In this document: piece by piece, positions 59,601-64,000 of the stretch
Numbering within the stretch: the first letter of the stretch is position 1
Layout: each line of letters starts with the position of its first letter
Assembly (NCBI RefSeq): GCF_006345805.1
Contig: NC_043000.1
Span: forward strand, 22,940,001 to 23,004,000
Direction: 5' to 3'
Origin: Octopus sinensis
Taxonomy: Eukaryota
DNA: 64,000 nt
Made by a program: the position numbers and the translations under genes
Notes under the pieces: generated by a model
Databases searched by the model: none
The model's input: only the letters and a program-made list of their open reading frames with translations
What the model was told of the DNA's origin: nothing

Positions 59601-61552
59601 TAGAAAAAAAACACCTTTTATCAATTCAATAATGAAAAATTATATTATACCATTTAGAAAAATTACATATTATAGAAAGGATTAAATACAAGATAAAACA
59701 TATAACAATGATTAAGTAATGAGCAAAATAATAAATAAAATGTATATATACCAAATATATACATTTTATTTATTATTTTGTACATTACTTAATCATTGTT
59801 ATATGTTTTATCTTGTATTTAATCTTATATTTAATTTATATTTAATCTTTCTATAATATGTAATTTTTCTAAATGGTATAATTTAATTTTTCATTATTGA
59901 ATTGATAAAAGGTGGGTTTTTTCTAATTTATAAATATATATATTTTTTTGTGAAATTTGATTTAGTATTTCTAAATTGAATTTTTCCGTGTAATTTTGGA
60001 ATATTCCCTCAAATAATTATTATATATATATATATATGCATGGACACACGCACACACAGCAAGCGTCTTTCAGTTTCTGTCAACCAAATCTACTCAAAAG
60101 GCTTTGGCTGGCCAGTCTTTTATAATAGAAGACTCATGCCCAAGGTGCCAAGCAATGAGACTGAACTTGAAATCATGTCATTGAGAAGCAAATGTCATAA
60201 CCATACAGCCATACCTTTCACATATACACTTGATTACTTTATTTTCCTTTTTAAACGAGATGGTATATAAATTTAAGGAAGTTTGAGCTTTAACTTCACA
60301 GAATATCATACCTTATCATTTATCAATTCTGTTCTAGCAAAAACTGTGAAGACATCAGCAATGCCTCCATTAGAGATCCATATTTTGCCACCATTAAGTA
60401 AATATGTTTTGCCATCTTCAGAGAGAGTTGCTCGAGTTTGGATAGATGCTGCGTCACTTCCACTAAAAGAAGCAATGAATCAGAAATTAGTAGAAAATAC
60501 AAACAAAAGAATTCTGTAAACATTTCGATACCAGCCTACATGAGACCACCTCTAGTCTTGTGATATAAACTCTTCATTTTAATGTGTTCGTATTTAAACT
60601 GAAATCTTCCATCATATCTTCAATCTTTGCTGAGCTCCAAATAACTACTTAATGAAAAACTTGATTATTTCTGTAAAAGATTCGAGCAAGGTCATTGCCA
60701 GTACCGCCTGACTGGCCCCATGCCAGTGGCACATAAAAAGCACCCACTACACTCTTTGAGTGGTTGGCATTAGGAAGGGCATCCAGCTGTAGAAACTCTG
60801 CCAGATCAAGATTGAAGCCTGGTGCAGCCATCTGGTTCGCCAGCCCTCAGTCATTCGTCCAACCCATGCTAGCATGGAAAGCGGATGTTAAACGATGATG
60901 ATGATGATGACAGTATTTCCTTTATCACTTATAAAATTATGGTTTTAGACAAGATTAATTGAAAAATATTTCGTGAATACAACAGATTTCAAGACCAACA
61001 ATATTACAGTTGTCCTGGTCAGCCAAGTAAGTTCATTGTTTTGTTCTAAGATTTAAGTAGATCTTTAATATAACTGGCTCTCTGTCAGTTATGACAATGA
61101 GGGGTCCAGTTGATCTGCTCACGAGATTAATGTGTAAGAGGTTGAACACTCCACAGATACGCGTACCCTTAACATAGTTCTCAGAGAGATTCAACATGAC
61201 ACAGAATGTGACACGGCTGGCCCTTTAAAATACAGCTACTACTCATTTTTGCCAGCTAAGTGGACTGGAGCAAAGTGAAAATAAAGTGTGTTGGTCAAGG
61301 ACACGATGCCTCACTGGGAATCAAACTCACAGCCTTACGATTGTGAGTCAAATACCCTAACCACTAAGCCACGCACCTCCATAGATCTTTAATTCACAAT
61401 AACTTATGACATCTAGTTTGAACAACAGTATTTTTTAAAGTAATTTCTTACCTGGAAGGCTCTGTCAAACAAAAAGCAGCAATTTCTTCCCCAGCAGCAA
61501 GTTTGGGTAAATATTTCATCTTTTGTTCTTCATTTCCAAACAAAAGAATTCC
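38527..61552 (-). CDS. ACAD9: Acyl-CoA dehydrogenase family member 9 (complex I assembly factor), 3' part: 14 exons, 5' exons beyond the right edge
   Basis: Exons in gene order: 61452-61552, 60312-60462, 58109-58211, 53046-53119, 52069-52144, 50792-50862, 48493-48612, 46975-47103, 44844-44923, 42475-42601, 41403-41480, 40068-40196, 38721-38793, 38527-38627 = 1413 nt (470 aa + stop). Motifs [60 protein letters not shown] (catalytic Glu present), [24 protein letters not shown]. These read closer to ACAD9 than to ACADVL as I recall the two proteins. Confidence 0.92.
38721..38793 (-). CDS. ACAD9: ACAD9 penultimate exon
   Basis: [24 protein letters not shown]; 73 nt. Confidence 0.88.
40068..40196 (-). 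CDS. ACAD9: ACAD9 exon
   Basis: [43 protein letters not shown]; 129 nt. Confidence 0.93.
41403..41480 (-). CDS. ACAD9: ACAD9 exon
   Basis: [26 protein letters not shown]; 78 nt. Confidence 0.9.
42475..42601 (-). CDS. ACAD9: ACAD9 exon
   Basis: [42 protein letters not shown]; 127 nt. Confidence 0.9.
43447..43820 (-). mobile_element. tRNA-derived SINE family C with internal (TA/TG)n
   Basis: Head GGAGTGGCTGTGTGGTAAG...GGTTCAGTTCC, TTGGGCAAGTGTCTTCT, tail CAGTCAAATGACTGAAACAAGTAAAAG. Other copies at about 6699-7375, 41545-42330, 48858-49240, 63415-64000. Confidence 0.8.
44844..44923 (-). CDS. ACAD9: ACAD9 exon
   Basis: [26 protein letters not shown]; 80 nt. Confidence 0.93.
46290..46771. mobile_element. 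hAT MITE with a nested SINE fragment
   Basis: CAGTGGTTCTTAAC...GTTGAGAAACACTG; degenerate TSD CCATAAGT/CTGTAAGT. Confidence 0.6.
46975..47103 (-). CDS. ACAD9: ACAD9 exon
   Basis: [43 protein letters not shown]; 129 nt. Confidence 0.94.
48493..48612 (-). CDS. ACAD9: ACAD9 exon
   Basis: [40 protein letters not shown]; 120 nt. Confidence 0.93.
50792..50862 (-). CDS. ACAD9: ACAD9 exon
   Basis: [23 protein letters not shown]; 71 nt. Confidence 0.92.
52069..52144 (-). CDS. ACAD9: ACAD9 exon
   Basis: [25 protein letters not shown]; 76 nt. Confidence 0.93.
53046..53119 (-). CDS. ACAD9: ACAD9 exon
   Basis: [24 protein letters not shown]; 74 nt. Confidence 0.93.
54114..54456 (+). mobile_element. 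hAT (Charlie-like) MITE
   Basis: CAGCATTTCTCAAC...GTTGACAAACACTG TIRs; perfect 8-bp TSD TTCTAGAT. Confidence 0.85.
57230..57456 (+). mobile_element. piggyBac-type MITE, single copy
   Basis: TTAACCCTTTTGTTACC...GGAAAGGGTTAA. Confidence 0.8.
58109..58211 (-). CDS. ACAD9: ACAD9 exon
   Basis: [34 protein letters not shown]; 103 nt. Confidence 0.93.
59594..59932. repeat. Long AT-rich fold-back palindrome (~160-bp arms)
   Basis: Arms reverse-complementary around a 5-nt loop near 59750; one ~25-nt insertion in the right arm. Confidence 0.9.
60312..60462 (-). CDS. ACAD9: ACAD9 exon
   Basis: [50 protein letters not shown]; 151 nt. Confidence 0.93.
61452..61552 (-). CDS. ACAD9: ACAD9 exon
   Basis: [33 protein letters not shown]; 101 nt. 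Confidence 0.93.
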
Positions 61553-63739
61553 CTATAAAATTGGAGAAATTCAATATTAAAAATAAAACTTTCATTTCAC
61601 ATTGCAAAATGTACATTATAATATAATAATAATGAAATTATTGTATACAGTGCTCAGGTGCACCACAACTTGTCAGGAAATGCGTATAAAGTATAGGCCA
61701 GTAATGTACAAATGTCTGGAAAGCGAACAATGTATGAGTCAGATACATGCTTGTGTGTGTATGGAGGGGAGAAAATCAGGTGTAGTGTTGGTGAATCTCA
61801 GAAAGCATGGAAGTTTAAATGGAATAACTGTATCTTTTATTATTAGTTCATTGCTTCTGATGAATTACGTTGATTTCATTTGTGAAGTAAATTAAGAATT
61901 AAAATAAGAAAAATAATAGAAGAGGATAAATAAATAATACAGGGTAAAAATAAAAGATTGATGATTATAAGTAATTAATAAAACAATTTCAATATCAAAA
62001 ATTAGGAAGATTAATTGCTAACAGAAAAAAAAAATCACTTAGAAGATACGGATTGAGTATTTCAAGATGGATCAAATACATTTTCAAAAAGAGAATTTTT
62101 TTACGATTTTTGCAGGATCTAATTATTATTAGAGAACTAAAAATTAATGAAATTAAATAATATTTAAAAAAAAGTGGGGTGGAGTATGAATATGATTATA
62201 ATATGGGATCATATCAGAATGCTTTGACTATAAACCTCCCCACAGCTATAGGCATATTGAGAAAGCTACTGAATCTGTCAAACATGATGTAATTGATTTC
62301 GGTATCCAAGGAAATTATCAGTCTACAAGCATTTGCTCACAACTCATCCAAAGACTTGACTGTATTCCTTCAATAATCATTCACGACTTTGACCAGCCAA
62401 GGTTCAAACTCAGACTAGTTACATTGAATTTTGAGCTCTACTGGCACACGTCCATGTTGATCAGTCTCTGATAAGGCTAGGCATTAAAATAGAAATTCCT
62501 TATCAAACTCATCCTGGTTTACTTTCTGATATATGCCCAAGACTACGCAGTGAAGCTCCCTTGAATCATAATTCAGTTTTAGCTTATGTGATGATGAACA
62601 GATATGGAAATTTGTCTTAGCTAATAACATGTAAAAAGGCAATGCAAGCTGGTCTGATGACAACACAAAGCAACAATGAGCTGTAATGAAACAGCCATGG
62701 AAAACTAACGAAGTCATCTATGAATCATAATAGTATTAAATTCAGGTACAAACTACTGTTTTAAAATGCCTGCAGTTTATGAAATAAGGCTCATCTTAGC
62801 ATGTAAACCGGCAATATCCGGCCAAAATATTCTACCTGTTTTATGTTCAGAGTGGCCAGATCTGGTCTCTCACACCAACCCTACAATATCGTTTTAAAAT
62901 TTAACAGCTACCTCATCAAATAATGCATGATTAGTTCAAGACAAAGTGGATAAAAAAGCATTCATTTTGGCAGAATAATGCGAACACTAAAGGGTTAAAA
63001 GTAGTGATCCCAATTTCATTACAGTCATAGAAATCTGGTCACATCTTTTACAATAGTGTTTTTAGCATGGCTGATAACAACTTGTTTCGCAACAGCAACT
63101 TTAACGCCATACTTTAGCCAGCCACATTATCAATGTTTGTAACAAAACCCTCTTCCAATTTGTTTTTACACTCATCAATATTTTTATTATTTTTGGCATT
63201 AACTGATTGGCTCTGAAAGTGGGAACGATTACATGAAATGCTGAAGCAAAAAATTTTAGCGAGTCGGGTTTTCTAAAATCAATCATTAAACAATAACTGA
63301 TATCAAAAATACCAGAAAATTTCCAAATTTGAATTAATTTATAAACAATATCACAATTGGATTTTTTTTTTAAATAGTATTTTCCTACTTTGGACACGTA
63401 GGCATGATGATAGGTGCCGGCATGGTTGTGCAGTAAGAAGTTTGCTTCCCAACCATATGGTTCTGGGTTCAGTCCCACTGCTTGGAACATTGGGAAAGTG
63501 ACTTCTATAACCTGAGGCTATAGTAGATCTGTGAGTAGATTTGGTACATGGAAACTGAAAGAAGCCCATCATGAATATGTGTATGTGTGTGTTGGTGTCT
63601 GTCCCCACCACCACACTGTTTGATAACTGATGTTAGTTTGTTTACATCATAACTTAGCAGTTCAGCAAAAGAGACTGATAGAATAAATACCAGGCTTAAA
63701 AAAAAAGTACCGGTGTTGATTCATTCAACAAAAAGTTCT

Positions 63740-63968
63740 TTAATCCTTTCGTTACTGTATTTATCTTGAGAAGCTCTCTGTTTCTTTCAGTTACTTTAAA
63801 TATAACAAAGAATTTAGTAAAATAACTTTGTTATCATTAAGCTAGTGTTAGGAATATAAATTGTGACTAAGGTTTGGTGGAAGATTTTAATTCAGAACTT
63901 ATGAAAACAAGACACTTGTACTACAGAGCCAGAGCCGGTTTCAGTCAGGTTGGTAATGAAAGGGTTAA
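63740..63968 (+). mobile_element. piggyBac-type MITE inserted in a SINE
   Basis: TTAA duplicated at both ends; host SINE sequence is continuous across the site (TTCT-TTAA-GGTGGTGCCCCAGCATG). Confidence 0.85.
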
Positions 63969-64000
63969 GGTGGTGCCCCAGCATGACTGCAGGCCAATGG

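Noticed and set aside
62220-62720. Possible upstream ACAD9 exon or LINE relic
   Set aside because: The expected ...LAAHQxIGLK exon is not found; only vague coding-like texture.

Overview
AT-rich, intron-rich, repeat-dense animal genomic DNA. The SINE/MITE repertoire suggests an octopus (coleoid cephalopod); this is inferred, not proven. Three spliced protein-coding genes were reconstructed by hand with GT-AG boundaries and consistent phases. (1) The 5' half of exportin-T (XPOT), minus strand: 12 coding exons, 462 codons, ATG at 30645, running off the left edge. (2) A complete RPL18A/eL20, plus strand: 5 coding exons, 176 aa, 31778-37663, head-to-head with XPOT. (3) The 3' three quarters of ACAD9, minus strand: 14 exons, 470 codons, stop at 38527, tail-to-tail with RPL18A. 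The most notable non-coding signal is in the RPL18A introns: two different box H/ACA snoRNA-like RNAs, each present as two recent copies, with structure-preserving substitutions and plausible rRNA targets (one matches the human 18S Psi1445 site). One copy sits at the junction of a ~190-bp inverted duplication. Introns also hold several tRNA-derived SINE families, TTAA piggyBac-type and hAT MITEs, a Tc1/mariner relic, RTE LINE fragments, long fold-back palindromes, and three decayed Penelope-type minimal hammerhead ribozyme motifs, one of them in the tail of a tRNA-headed SINE. Apart from those overlapping the exons or transposon relics listed, the ORFs in the supplied track look like repeat or microsatellite noise.
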